From positions 352,001-416,000 of the forward strand of contig CAWEJX010000008.1 of assembly GCA_963809485.1 (NCBI GenBank): a DNA stretch of 64,000 bases, written 5' to 3'. This stretch comes from an uncultured Acidobacteriota bacterium (lineage in GTDB: Bacteria > Acidobacteriota > UBA6911). The translations under genes and the position numbers were made by a program. Shown here one piece after another: positions 30,052 to 40,665 of this stretch. The stretch's first letter is position 1, and each line of letters begins with the position of its first letter. The notes under the pieces were generated by a model, which made no database searches, was not told the origin of the DNA, and was given only the letters and a program-made list of their open reading frames with translations.

Positions 30052-30285
30052 CAGGTACCTACGGCAAAGCCGGAGGCTTAAAAGGTTTGAACCGCTCAAA
30101 GCGGTTGGAGGAGTTACGCCGGTCTTGAACGCTGACATACGCTGAACGAACGCCGACCCACGCCGACAAAAATTTATATATTTTTTCAGCGTACGTCAGC
30201 GTCATGTCAGCGTACGTCAGCGTTTCAAAATAGGAGCTGTCAATCTCTTTGAGTCCCCCGGCAGAGCCGGGGGTTTACCAAATAA
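30052..30285 (-). mobile_element. Non-autonomous IS200/IS605-derived element (both ends, no tnpA) with internal repeat hairpin
   Basis: Left-end-like hairpin 30233..30280; right-end-like hairpins 30090..30106 (AACCGCTTTGAGCGGTT) and 30058..30076; inverted ACGCTGA arrays at 30125..30228. Confidence 0.7.
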
Positions 30286-30286
30286 A

Positions 30287-31942
30287 TTATCGCCCGGCCT
30301 TGGTCATGGTCGCGCCCGTGATCTTTTTTGTGACATGGGCAACCGTCTCGTAGCTCCACAACAGGGAATAGCCCGGCACACCGCCGGCCACGGTAATGGA
30401 AAAATTCTTTTCCGGTATGCCGGTCTTTTGAGCAAACCAAGCCTGTACATCCTTGCTGGTTTTATAACCCATTTTTGCTAAACCTTGAGCACATTCCGGG
30501 TGAAACCATACCAGATAGCCCCCTCTGCCTTTGCCGATCGATTTAATCATACCGTCCAAAATCCCCTGCTCCGTCCAGATAGCGACCGCTCCACCTCCAA
30601 ACATATTGGCCCCAGATCCACCATAAGAGCCGACCTTGGTCACCGTCACTGTACTGTCTCCCTTGGCAAAACCCTGGCTTACCTGATAGGGGTCCCAGGG
30701 GCTCATCTCTTCATTTTCGGCAAAGGTGTAAAAGGTATGCGGCGACGTCCGCCCGGTCAGGGCCATGTCGTTCTCCGCCGGCCACGTGTGACCAATATTG
30801 CGCGTCGCTAATCGAACGGACCGTCCAATGGTATTATTGGCGCGCCAGCAATCGCCCAGGTAACCAATCCCCGAATTCATGTTGATTTCCTTAGCTATTG
30901 GACCGTTCACCTGAATGGCAAGAGTAAAGGCACCCGCCGATCCCATCATGTGCCAGAATCCCATCCCGGTGTACCCTGGCGCCACAAATGCCTCCATCGC
31001 CGCGATTACCACTGGAAAGTACTCCGGCTTTGCTCCCGCCATCACCGCGTTGATCGCAATCTTTTCAATAGTGGCCGTGCCGGATTTCATGGGGATTTTG
31101 CCTATCACTTCGCTCGGGGAACGACTCGTCCCTTTGAGCATCCGGGCAACGGCTTCCCTGGTCGGGGGCACCAGAGGCAATCCATCGCCCATCTTGTTTT
31201 CGAGAAACGACGCGTTGAACTTTTCCACCGCGTCCTCATAACTATCGCCCGTAATGCGAACGGGCGGGTATTCGACTGCGGATCTTGTCTGAGGCTTCGC
31301 CTCCTCTGCTGTCAGAGGCTTCGTCAGTGCATCCACAATGGGATTAAAAGCGGCTTCAACGAGGGGTCTTAACTCTTGTACCGTTCCCCGAAGCCTGTAC
31401 CATTTTTCGGAAGGAAATGTTACCATCCGCATGTTGGGCATCAACCAATCAGCAGCGGCTGATTTTGCGTCCTTCAGGAAATTCGAGCTGACCAGAAGTA
31501 CTCCAGGCGCTCCATACTTTTCCATCTGCATTGTGCGGCGGGAACCCCACCACGTGCAGGTCCCTCAGTCTCCCATCGCATATACAAATGCATCGCATCC
31601 CTTCGCGATCGACTGAAAATGCTCTTCCTGTGCCTGTGCCTGTATTCCCGGGTTAAATCCTCGCTGAATAGTTACGCCCGGATACTTCTGCTTCAGCATT
31701 TCTTCCAGTATGTCAAATAGCTGCGGCACACCCGGTTTGATGTTATGCACCAGAGCAATCTTCTTACCAGAGTAATCCGAAAGACGAGGCCTCAGTGCTA
31801 AAAATGGCTCAGGCTCAATCACGCCCATGGGATTGAGCAGCTCCAAAGTAACCTTTTCGTTCGCCGGCCCGGCCTTCGACCACCCGCCAAAAAATAAACC
31901 GGCGGTCAGCAGCAAAAAAGCCGCTAAGATTTTATTTCTCAT
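30287..31942 (-). CDS. UGSC-family secreted selenoprotein (551 aa, Sec126 at TGA 31565..31567, motif GD-U-GTC)
   Basis: ORFs 31565..31942 and 30287..31531 are in frame and joined by GTCTWWGSRRT. UxxC motif; strong hairpin after the UGA; signal peptide; C-domain DGLPLVPPT...NAVMAGAKPEYFPV. Confidence 0.9.
31527..31558 (-). promoter_or_regulatory. Putative bacterial SECIS element
   Basis: TGCA-C-GTGGTGGG-GTT-CCCGCCGC-ACAA-TGCA: 8-bp upper stem with two G-U pairs; loop 20-22 nt after the UGA. Confidence 0.75.
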
Positions 31943-32068
31943 TCTTGTCTCCTTATTGGTTATCGCTAAATACGGGTTATCTCCCGTTTATTTCATCACT
32001 TACTGATAAGCACGGTCATCATTTGTTGAACTAACATCCTATGGTACTTCAGAATACAAACTTAAGGA

Positions 32069-33034
32069 TTAAGCGCAGGCCAGTATCGCTTTCTTTACCA
32101 TCCCCGCGGCTACCTGAATCTTCCACTTGTTCAGCGTCAGCGCCCTCGCTCCCGTGACCGCAGCCGTGCCGGCCGCCTGCGCGCTCGCCACATCGATCGT
32201 CTTGCCCGCTATGGATTCCTCCGCCTTAGTTGCCCGGTAGGGTTTGTTATATACCGCATTGAGGCATATCCTGGCCGTTCCGCCGCCAATGGCAGCCGCA
32301 CAATTCACAATGGGAAAGTCTATCGACGATCTCAGCGCGAACTTTACAAAGGCGCTTTTGACGCCGGAAGCCGGCGCGGGAACCTGAATCTCCTTTACGA
32401 TTTCGTCGTTCTCGAGCACCGTGGAACGAGGGATCTTTACCGCCCAGAACTCCTCGGCGTTGATCGTTCTCTTCGATGTCACTATCCTGGCATTTAAGGC
32501 GACCAGCGCCGGCGCCGTATCGCTTGGATTCACAGCCATGCAGGCTGAAACACCCCCGAATATCGAGTGGTATCGATTCTCGCCGGCCATGGCGAAGCAC
32601 GTTTTGCCGCCTTTCCTGATACAGAAAAACCTGTTGTCGTGGAGCCGGAAATACCAGCAGCGGTTGAGCTGGCAGATGTTGCCGCCGATCGTGCCCATTT
32701 CCCGGATGTGCGGCGAAGCGGTTTTGTGGGCCGCCTCCGACAGCGCTGCCCACTTGCTTTTGACGACACTGCTCTTCGCTATATCCTCCAGCCTGGTCAG
32801 GGCGCCTATCCGCAGCATGCCCTTTTCTTCTTTGATGTAATCCAGGCTGGGCGTTATGGTCTTGAGGTTTACCAGAATCTGAGGATACATGGTATCCGGG
32901 AGTACCTCAAACCTCATGGTTCCCACAAGATCGGTGCCCCCGGCAAGTGCCCAGGCATTGGCTGTACGCAGGGCCGACACCGCCTCTTCCACCGTCTTGG
33001 CATTCATTCGGGTGAATTTCCTTACGGTCTTCAT
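32069..33034 (-). CDS. Xanthine dehydrogenase family FAD-binding subunit (PaoB/YagS-like, with 4Fe-4S insert)
   Basis: AGGTDL, RIGALTRL, ASPHIREMGTIGGN, RCWYFR...CIRKGGKTC...C.AVNPSD. Confidence 0.93.
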   Translation of the reverse strand: MKTVRKFTRMNAKTVEEAVSALRTANAWALAGGTDLVGTMRFEVLPDTMYPQILVNLKTITPSLDYIKEEKGMLRIGALTRLEDIAKSSVVKSKWAALSEAAHKTASPHIREMGTIGGNICQLNRCWYFRLHDNRFFCIRKGGKTCFAMAGENRYHSIFGGVSACMAVNPSDTAPALVALNARIVTSKRTINAEEFWAVKIPRSTVLENDEIVKEIQVPAPASGVKSAFVKFALRSSIDFPIVNCAAAIGGGTARICLNAVYNKPYRATKAEESIAGKTIDVASAQAAGTAAVTGARALTLNKWKIQVAAGMVKKAILACA

Positions 33035-33048
33035 TTTTGTCTAAGCTC

Positions 33049-35395
33049 CTATCCTTTGCCCAGCGCTTTTAGGATCCTGTCCGGGGTGATCGGTTCAATG
33101 TCCACATACTTGCCTATGGCGTTGTATACGGCCGTAGGTATGATCGTGTGGTTGCACGCGCCGCCGTCTTCCCCAATGCCGCAGCTCCCATAAGGGGCAT
33201 ACGCCAGACCCGTTTCCACATAGGCGCACTCAATCGACGCGACGTCATTCATCACATTCACCGGGTACCCTATCAGGTTGTCGTTCAGTACCACTCCTGT
33301 TTTTGGATCGTGATACACCGTCTCTTTGCTGGATCTCCCGAGCCCCATATAAGCGCCGCCGTACTGCTGGCCGTTAAACGCGTCCGGGTTTATTACTTTG
33401 CCTCCGTCATTGACGCTAACCTGTTTTTTTATTTCTATCCCTCCCGTATCGGGGTCTACCTCTATTTCCAAGAAATGCGCTTGCCGGACCATGCTGTACT
33501 CATGTCCCACACCGCCACGCCCTGTGTGACCGGGAGTATAGTCCCATACATACAAGTCATAGGTGGATGCGGCCGCCACTTGCGCCAGTGTCTTTTTATT
33601 TTCCGGGTTCGCCTTTTCAAAAACCACGCTGTCCTTGATGTCCAGTTCTTCAACCTTTTTATTCGGGAAAAATGCAGGCATTTCCCGTGACAGATTTCCC
33701 AATGTCCTGCGCCGGGACGGTGGCACAACTACTTTTTCAAGGATCAACTGCTTCATCTTCCGCGCGGCTCTTGCCGCTGCCAGATTACTTCCGCTCATCC
33801 CCTGGGATCCGCCCCCCGGCTCCGATACAAGACCGTCGCGGCCTTCGAAGGGTCTTATCCGAACGTCTTTATAATTGGCTCCCATTTCATCGGCCACGAC
33901 CTGGCAGTAGGCGGTCTGTCCAACAACGCCTCCATCACATTGCGTTGCCAGGATATTAACCGTTCCATCGGCGTTCACTCTGATGCCTATGCCGGCAGTC
34001 CCCACCGTATGCGCCCACTCGACGGTCGAGACATAGCCCATCCCGTGATAATTCCCATTGGGCAGAATTTTGGTCCCGGGCAAGTGCCATTTTTTATCCC
34101 ACTCCATAATTTTCTTACCCAGTTCATTCACCTCTTTGAAACTGTCTCTGTCCGTGTTAAATCCCTGCGGCTTCCGGACGTGTTCGTTGGCATACGCCCA
34201 GTCGTGGCCTTCGCAGCCCTCATTGATCTGGGCGATCTTGCTTGGATCCATCCCCAGTTCGCCGGCTACGTGCTCCCATACCTGGGTTACCACTCTGACG
34301 CTCGAGGAACCATGCTTGAAGCACTGAATGGGCGGCTTTGTATGAGCCGCCACATCGCACGTAATGTATATATTGGGAATCCTGGTGCCTTTGTGTATTT
34401 TAACGGTACTGGCTTCTGTGACCCAGGCTTCGTAGCATTTCAGCTGTACGGCCGTGATGCGGCCATCCAGTTTGAATCCCACTTTAAAATAGTAGCGCGA
34501 CCGGGCGTCCTCGTCACAGCCCTCGAAGTGACTGTCATCGTCCAGAACTTTTACCGGGCACCCCGTTCGCCTGGCAGCGATTACAGCCACCTGAGCTGTT
34601 TGGGGGGCCGCGCGCATATTACTCGAACCTCCAAAAAATGCTCCATTATAGGGTAGGTACAGATGGATCTTGTGCACAGGGCTGTATTGTCGCAGAGCAT
34701 CCATCGCGTACAACCAGTTCTGGCCGTGATGCCAAACATCCAGATAGTCTCCCCTGCATTCCGCCACTCCGACATGTGCCTCTACCCCGGCCCACACGTC
34801 CTGATCATCACCCGCTACCCATTCGACTACTTTGTCGGCCTCGGCAAACCCTTTTTCAACATCCCCAAACTTGACAGGAGGCTGCCTCGTCTTATTGTTC
34901 GACTTGGGATTTGTGTCCGGGCGCATTATTGGAGCGCCCGGCTTCAACGCTTCCTCAGGGTCCAGGATCACCGGCAGCTCTTCCATCTCGAGTTCTATCA
35001 GTCGCAATGCCCGGTCGACTATCGCCTCGCTTTCGCCTACCACCACAGCTCCCACCATCCCCCGATACCAGTGGTTCGTGTCGGAGACAAGCGGTTTGCC
35101 CTCATACTTAGGCCAGGTTATCCCGGGATCATCATATCGAAGTACCGCTCTTACTCCGGGAAAAGCCTCGGCCTTGCTGGTATCCAGGCGTTTGATCTTA
35201 GCGTGACCGTAGGGGGATCGATAGAAACTTCGCATACAGCATCCCCGGACGGTATATGTCCCTGGTATACACGGCACTTCCGCTCGCTTTTTCATAACCA
35301 TCCAGACGCCGTACGCGGCGTTTCCCGATCACGCCGCCTTCCGGCACCGGCCAAAGCCAAGGATATAAGGGTTCTCCCTCTTTCAGACCGTACAT
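33049..35395 (-). CDS. Xanthine dehydrogenase family molybdopterin-binding subunit, one frameshift near 35225
   Basis: N-terminal RRLDGYEKASGSAVYTRDIYRPGMLYAKF (35198..35395) continues in another frame as RSPYGHAKI. Also GAFFGG, DGGKVINP, GQQYGG, GIGE. Confidence 0.88.
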
Positions 35396-35410
35396 TTTCT
35401 CAGCCCTCCT

Positions 35411-36073
35411 CTAGGCGCTCCCAATGACTTCCTTAACGGCTATTATGTGTTGTGTGTATGTGCCGCACCGGCATATGTTGCCCCCCAGCGCGTCCCTTAT
35501 ATCTTCCTCCGTCGGCCTGGGGATACGATCCAGCAACGCCTTGGCGGTTACCACAAATCCCGGCGTGCAGTAGCCGCACTGCATGCAATGGTTCAGAACG
35601 TAAGCCTCGATGAGTTGCGGAGTGTTGATGGCAACACCTTCCGCCGTCTCTATTGCCGCGCCGTCACAATCCGCCGCAAACGTCATGCAGGAAAGCACCG
35701 GCCGCCCGTTCATAATCACCGTGCAGGACCCGCAGGCTCCGTAACCGTTGCACATATCCTTGATGGACAAAAAGCCCAGCTGATCGCGAAGCACATCGCG
35801 CAGCATCCACTCCGGCTCAACCCGAAGCTCATACCTATGCTTGTTCACCGTGAAATTTATCGTTTGGGCAGCTGCCGAGGAGGCCAGTGCGAGGACGCCC
35901 GCCGGAGCGGCTCCGGCCCGTTTCGCTGCCTGGGGACCAGCGGCAACCACATTGGCGCCCGCCCCTGTACCGAGGATGGCTACGGAGCTGACAGCAAATT
36001 CCCGGCGCGATATCGGTCCCAATCCTGTTCTGTCACTTTCCCGGGTTTTCTTTTTTTCTTCCTCTTTCGACAT
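35411..36073 (-). CDS. (2Fe-2S)-binding subunit with Tat signal (PaoA/YagT-like)
   Basis: SRREFA; CNGYGACGSCTV...SC; QCGYCTPG; NICRCG. GGAGGA precedes ATG 36073. Confidence 0.93.
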   Translation of the reverse strand: MSKEEEKKKTRESDRTGLGPISRREFAVSSVAILGTGAGANVVAAGPQAAKRAGAAPAGVLALASSAAAQTINFTVNKHRYELRVEPEWMLRDVLRDQLGFLSIKDMCNGYGACGSCTVIMNGRPVLSCMTFAADCDGAAIETAEGVAINTPQLIEAYVLNHCMQCGYCTPGFVVTAKALLDRIPRPTEEDIRDALGGNICRCGTYTQHIIAVKEVIGSA

Positions 36074-36507
36074 TGCACTCCTCCCTTTCCTGCCCTTTTT
36101 GTCTCCCAAAACCGAATCTATCTCGGCGTGCCCGCCTTATGCGTCGTGCCTGCCGGAACTCGATATGTCTATGGGGCAGTCTCCGGTGTACGTGCGAGCA
36201 TTTTATCACTCTGCTATGCTAAATGGTCTCTGCCGCGAAACTGCTTTGCGCTGCGCGAAATGTGGCGCCTCTTGTTTTATTGTTCGACATCCTAAAAATG
36301 AATCCGGGCAACTATTATGCCGTCCTCTTGATGAATTCAGCTTAACCAAGCCCCATTCGGAATCTCGATGAACGGTAATTCCTGGGGAGCCTTTGTTCAA
36401 ATCCCGCAATTGTAATCAACGTCTGACCTTATATCGGCTCGCACTTCCCTCGCACTTTCAAAGATCTCGTCGTTCACAATAGCACGTTTGAAAGCATAGT
36501 TTCCTAA

Positions 36508-36539
36508 TTAGCTGTTTAGGTTTAGCTGTTTAGGTTTAG
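36508..36539. repeat. 14-bp tandem repeat (about 2.3 copies)
   Basis: TTAGCTGTTTAGGT twice, followed by TTAG. Confidence 0.85.
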
Positions 36540-36541
36540 TT

Positions 36542-36586
36542 TTGTCAAGATAAATGTTGCATTGCATGCAACATTTATCTTGACAA
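36542..36586. promoter_or_regulatory. Perfect 21-bp inverted repeat carrying TTGACA on both strands (divergent promoter/operator)
   Basis: TTGTCAAGATAAATGTTGCAT-tgc-ATGCAACATTTATCTTGACAA. Confidence 0.7.
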
Positions 36587-36674
36587 TGCAAAAGGCAACC
36601 TGCTAAATGCTTTTCGATCATGCAGGCTTTTTCATTGCGCACGATTTTAAGGTTCTAATTGCTGGAGGCTTATT

Positions 36675-39600
36675 TTGGGGAGGTTACATCGCATGCGGTC
36701 AATGATCATTGCAGTTTGCTGTTTGCTCGCGGTTGCCGGAGCGGCGTTTGCCCAAGGCGATCGGGGCACCATTACGGGAACCATAACCGATCAGGCAGGC
36801 GCGGTCATACCCACTGCCGCAATTGAAATAAAAAACATCAGTACCGGCGCCGTGTATCAAGCGCAAAGCTCTTCGACGGGCAATTACACAGTCGGCCAAT
36901 TGCCTGCCGGCACGTACCAGATGTCATCTTCGGTGCCCGGATTCAAGCAGTTCGTAAGAACGGGCATCACGGTTTTAGTGGCGCAAACCTTGCGCATCGA
37001 CATTTCACTCCAGGTGGGCGCCATCAGCGAGACTGTCACCGTCAACGCCGATGCTCCCCTGTTGAGGACGGAAAGCGGCGAGTTGGCGCACAATGTCGCC
37101 GGAGATACTCTGAATGAGCTTCCCATTCTGGGATTTACGGGATATTTGCGCGATCCCTTCGCCGTGGCGACTTTGGTCCCGGGCGCGCTTTATGAGTCGA
37201 GCATGGTAAACAACATACGCATGAATGGGGCTCCCTCGAACACGCAGGGGTTCCGGATCGAGGGCCAGGACTCAACCAACGGATTGTTTTCAACGTACAC
37301 GTCGTGGAGCCAACCGTCCGTGGATGCGGTCGAGGAGTTCGCGATTCAGACCAGCAACTTTGCCGCCGAATACGGGCAGGCGGGGGGCGGTTTGTTCAAT
37401 GTAACCATGAAATCCGGCACCAATGCGTTGCACGGAAGCGCGTACGATTATTGGTACAATGAAGCATTCAACGCCAGTTCGCCCTACGGCCAAAAGGACC
37501 GTCAGCGCCGGCACGACTACGGTTTCACGCTGGGAGGTCCCATTTATATTCCCAAAGTGTACAATGGGCGCGACAAGACGTTTTTCTTTTTCAACTTTGA
37601 GCAGTTCCGGGAGAAGAGTGTTGACAACACCACCCTGTTCACGGTTCCCACAATGCGCATGCGCCAGGGAGATTTCAGCGAGGTGTTGACCGATGCAACC
37701 GTGAAAACCGCTGATGGAGTTACTACTATCCACGAAAACCAGCTCTACAGACCCGGGACAGAACGTACGTATGTCGGGCTTGACGGAAAGAGTTACCTGA
37801 TGAGAGATCCGTACCCGGGCAATGTGATTACGGACCCGCTTAACAGCAGTGCGCTGGCAATCCAGGAGCTGATTCCCGAACCTGCGGGCCCCTACAAGGA
37901 CGACTTGACGGGCAACTATGTTGTTCCGTGGGAAAAATACAATTATAGGACCATTCCGAGTGTGAAGATCGACCACAACTTCGGTACCCGCTCAAAGCTT
38001 TCAGGCTATTGGAATCAAGCGCGCTACGACACCAACTCTGTAAACTGCGACAGCCTTTACTTGATCAGTCCCACTACTGCCTGCACGATTTCTACTACCC
38101 GCACCAACATGGTGCGTTTGAACTACAGCTTAACCCTGACGCCGACAGTGCTGCTGTATCTCGGCGCCGGCCTCCAGTTCACGGATTTTTGGAACTCTAC
38201 CCCCTTTCAAAATTTCGATCAGCAAAAGGAACTCGGCATACCGCAGCCGAAGGGGGCTGAGGGCAAAATCTTCCCCAACCTTAGAGGGCTTTCCACGACT
38301 TACGGCGGATTTTATACAAACCCCAGCGGCCAGGGCCCGGGGATCGATCAGCACCGGAATTTGACCAAGCCGACCGCGAATGCCAGCTTAACTTGGGTCA
38401 AAACCAACCACACCTACAAATTCGGCGCGGAATTGCGCCTCGAGGGATATCCGACCGATCTGGTGCACCCCTCCTACGGCCACTATACATTTTCCAACAC
38501 GCAAACCGCGATTCCCGATTCTGCGTACGTCAAAACCCTTTCAGTGGGTTTCCCATACGCGAGTTTCCTGTTGGGACAAATGAGTAGCGTCTCCATTGGA
38601 GCCCCCGCCGATCCCCGCGTAGGAAAGTCGTCATGGGCTTTGTTCGCTCAGGACAGCTGGAAGGTAACCCGCAAATTCACTCTGGATTACGGATTGCGCT
38701 GGGATTACCAGGGCTATTTGAAAGAGACTTACGGCCGGGTTGCCAATTTCTCTCCCACCACTCTGAATCCCAACGTCGGCAATCTGCCGGGGGGCATGAT
38801 TTTTGAAAGAGACGAGGTGAAATTCGCGGACGTTTACGCCTTCGCGTTCGGTCCGAGGTTGGGAGCGGCTTATCAGATCACGCCCAAGACGGTGCTCCGC
38901 GCAGGATGGGGCATCAGCTACGGGCAGACCGCCACCGATAACGGGACAATGGTAACTGCTGGCGGCGCCGCTGTAGGATATTCAGCTCCCTCCTATGGTG
39001 CGGTATGGAGGACGCTGGACCAGGGAGCGCCGGAATCGTCAACGGGAATGTACGTATGGCCCATTGTGGACCCCGGCTATTTAAATACTTCACCCACACC
39101 CGTAACAGCAAGCCCTGCCGCGTTCGATAGAAATGCGGGCCGGCCGCCGAGGCAGATCATGTGGAGCATTAGCCTCCAGCGGGAGATTACCAAGAACCTG
39201 ATGGTGGAAGCCTCATACGTCGGCAACCGCGGCGCCTGGTGGGAGGGCAACGAACTCATCCGCGTGAATTCGATATCGGCGGAGCGGCTTGCCTCCTTTG
39301 GGCTCAGCCTTGACAATTCCAACGATAGATCCCTTTTAGCCGGCACAATGAATTCCGCGGCGGCAAAGAGCCGCATAAATCCGGTCACAAATCTTCCATT
39401 CAGCACTCCGCCTTACACCGGCTTCCCAACCAACCAAACCGTCGCCCAATCGCTGCGGCCGTTCCCGCATTTCGGAACCATCAATTATAGATGGTCGCCG
39501 CTCGGCAGGACCTGGTATGACTCGCTGCAGATCAAAGTGACCAAGCGGTATTCCCACGGGCTTGACCTGACCAGTGTGTTTACCTGGCAGAAAGAACTGG

Positions 39601-40352
39601 TCATGGGGTCGGAATCAACAGGCTCACAAGGAGGAACAACCGGCGGAATCGTAAACAACGTGTTCGACCGCCATGTCAACAAGTACATGTCGAGCTATTC
39701 CCGGCCCATCGTATGGACCACCTCGCTGAGCTACACGTTGCCGAAACTGGATACAAACAAGGCGCTGTCGTGGGCGATTCGCGATTGGAATATCGGCCTT
39801 GTTTTGAATTACACCAGCGGCAGAATGATTCAAGTTCCAGCAGCTTCATCAACCAGCGTGACCTCCCTCTACACCTTCCAAAACACCTTCGCGAATCGGG
39901 TTGAGGGTCAACCGTTGTTTATACGGACTGTGAAAAACGCTGATGGGACCCAATCCACGATGCCCCTCAGCGGCCTCAATGAAAGAAGCGCATTTGACCC
40001 GCTCACGGATTTTGTATTGAATCCGGCGGCCTGGAAAGATCCGATCCCGGGCCAGTACAGCTACTCGCCGGCATTTTATAGCGACTACCGGTACCCGCGT
40101 CAGCCTGAGGAAAAGGTGAGCATAGGGCGGACCTTCCGGCTCAGGGAAGGGATGAGACTGTCTATTCGGGCCGACTTCAATAACATATTAAACCGCATGG
40201 TATTGAGTAACAGCCTCTTAACGAGTACCAGTGCAATAGCCCCCCAGACTTGGTCGAGCTCAGGCAGGACATCCTCCGGCTTTGGACGCTACAACGCGGC
40301 TAACGCCAACTCGCAGCGCAGGGGCTTTATAGTCGCCCGTTTTCAATTTTGA
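36675..40352 (+). CDS. TonB-dependent receptor (Oar-like, N-terminal carboxypeptidase-regulatory-like domain)
   Basis: Signal peptide, GTITGTITDQAGAVIP, PSVDAVEEF, KSGTNALHGS, FAQDSWKVT, C-terminal RFQF. Confidence 0.95.
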   Translation: MGRLHRMRSMIIAVCCLLAVAGAAFAQGDRGTITGTITDQAGAVIPTAAIEIKNISTGAVYQAQSSSTGNYTVGQLPAGTYQMSSSVPGFKQFVRTGITVLVAQTLRIDISLQVGAISETVTVNADAPLLRTESGELAHNVAGDTLNELPILGFTGYLRDPFAVATLVPGALYESSMVNNIRMNGAPSNTQGFRIEGQDSTNGLFSTYTSWSQPSVDAVEEFAIQTSNFAAEYGQAGGGLFNVTMKSGTNALHGSAYDYWYNEAFNASSPYGQKDRQRRHDYGFTLGGPIYIPKVYNGRDKTFFFFNFEQFREKSVDNTTLFTVPTMRMRQGDFSEVLTDATVKTADGVTTIHENQLYRPGTERTYVGLDGKSYLMRDPYPGNVITDPLNSSALAIQELIPEPAGPYKDDLTGNYVVPWEKYNYRTIPSVKIDHNFGTRSKLSGYWNQARYDTNSVNCDSLYLISPTTACTISTTRTNMVRLNYSLTLTPTVLLYLGAGLQFTDFWNSTPFQNFDQQKELGIPQPKGAEGKIFPNLRGLSTTYGGFYTNPSGQGPGIDQHRNLTKPTANASLTWVKTNHTYKFGAELRLEGYPTDLVHPSYGHYTFSNTQTAIPDSAYVKTLSVGFPYASFLLGQMSSVSIGAPADPRVGKSSWALFAQDSWKVTRKFTLDYGLRWDYQGYLKETYGRVANFSPTTLNPNVGNLPGGMIFERDEVKFADVYAFAFGPRLGAAYQITPKTVLRAGWGISYGQTATDNGTMVTAGGAAVGYSAPSYGAVWRTLDQGAPESSTGMYVWPIVDPGYLNTSPTPVTASPAAFDRNAGRPPRQIMWSISLQREITKNLMVEASYVGNRGAWWEGNELIRVNSISAERLASFGLSLDNSNDRSLLAGTMNSAAAKSRINPVTNLPFSTPPYTGFPTNQTVAQSLRPFPHFGTINYRWSPLGRTWYDSLQIKVTKRYSHGLDLTSVFTWQKELVMGSESTGSQGGTTGGIVNNVFDRHVNKYMSSYSRPIVWTTSLSYTLPKLDTNKALSWAIRDWNIGLVLNYTSGRMIQVPAASSTSVTSLYTFQNTFANRVEGQPLFIRTVKNADGTQSTMPLSGLNERSAFDPLTDFVLNPAAWKDPIPGQYSYSPAFYSDYRYPRQPEEKVSIGRTFRLREGMRLSIRADFNNILNRMVLSNSLLTSTSAIAPQTWSSSGRTSSGFGRYNAANANSQRRGFIVARFQF

Positions 40353-40387
40353 TCTTCAGTCTGACGAATTGCGCTTCGCCGATCCTT

Positions 40388-40428
40388 TCCAGGCCCTAGC
40401 CGCCGTATTTGTGAGGCAGGGCCTGGAA
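40388..40428. terminator. Stem-loop between convergent genes
   Basis: TTCCAGGCCCT(a)GCC...GGCAGGGCCTGGAA. Confidence 0.45.
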
Positions 40429-40549
40429 CCTCAAATCAATGTCCTGGTCAATTAGAAGATCTCATACAGGGTGAGGAGACAGCTCGGCAGGCTGGCCGGA
40501 CCGCAAAGAAGAATTGGTGGTATTACTCCCTCCCAGCTATACCCGGCAC

Positions 40550-40597
40550 GGAGCTGTCAAACTCCATGAGTCCCCCGGCAGAGCCGGGAGTTTACCA
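40550..40597 (-). mobile_element. IS200/IS605-type left-end relic
   Basis: Minus strand GGTAAACTCCCGGCTCTGCCGGGGGACTCATGGAGTTTGACAGCTCC. Confidence 0.7.
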
Positions 40598-40665
40598 ATA
40601 GAATTATCCCGGATTCCGAAGTTGGTAATAAAAAAAGGCAGCGGCCAAGCAGCCGTTTACGCTTT

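Noticed and set aside
35198-35301. Programmed ribosomal frameshift in the molybdopterin subunit
   Set aside because: No X XXY YYZ slippery site, and other unrelated indels in the window point to error or decay.
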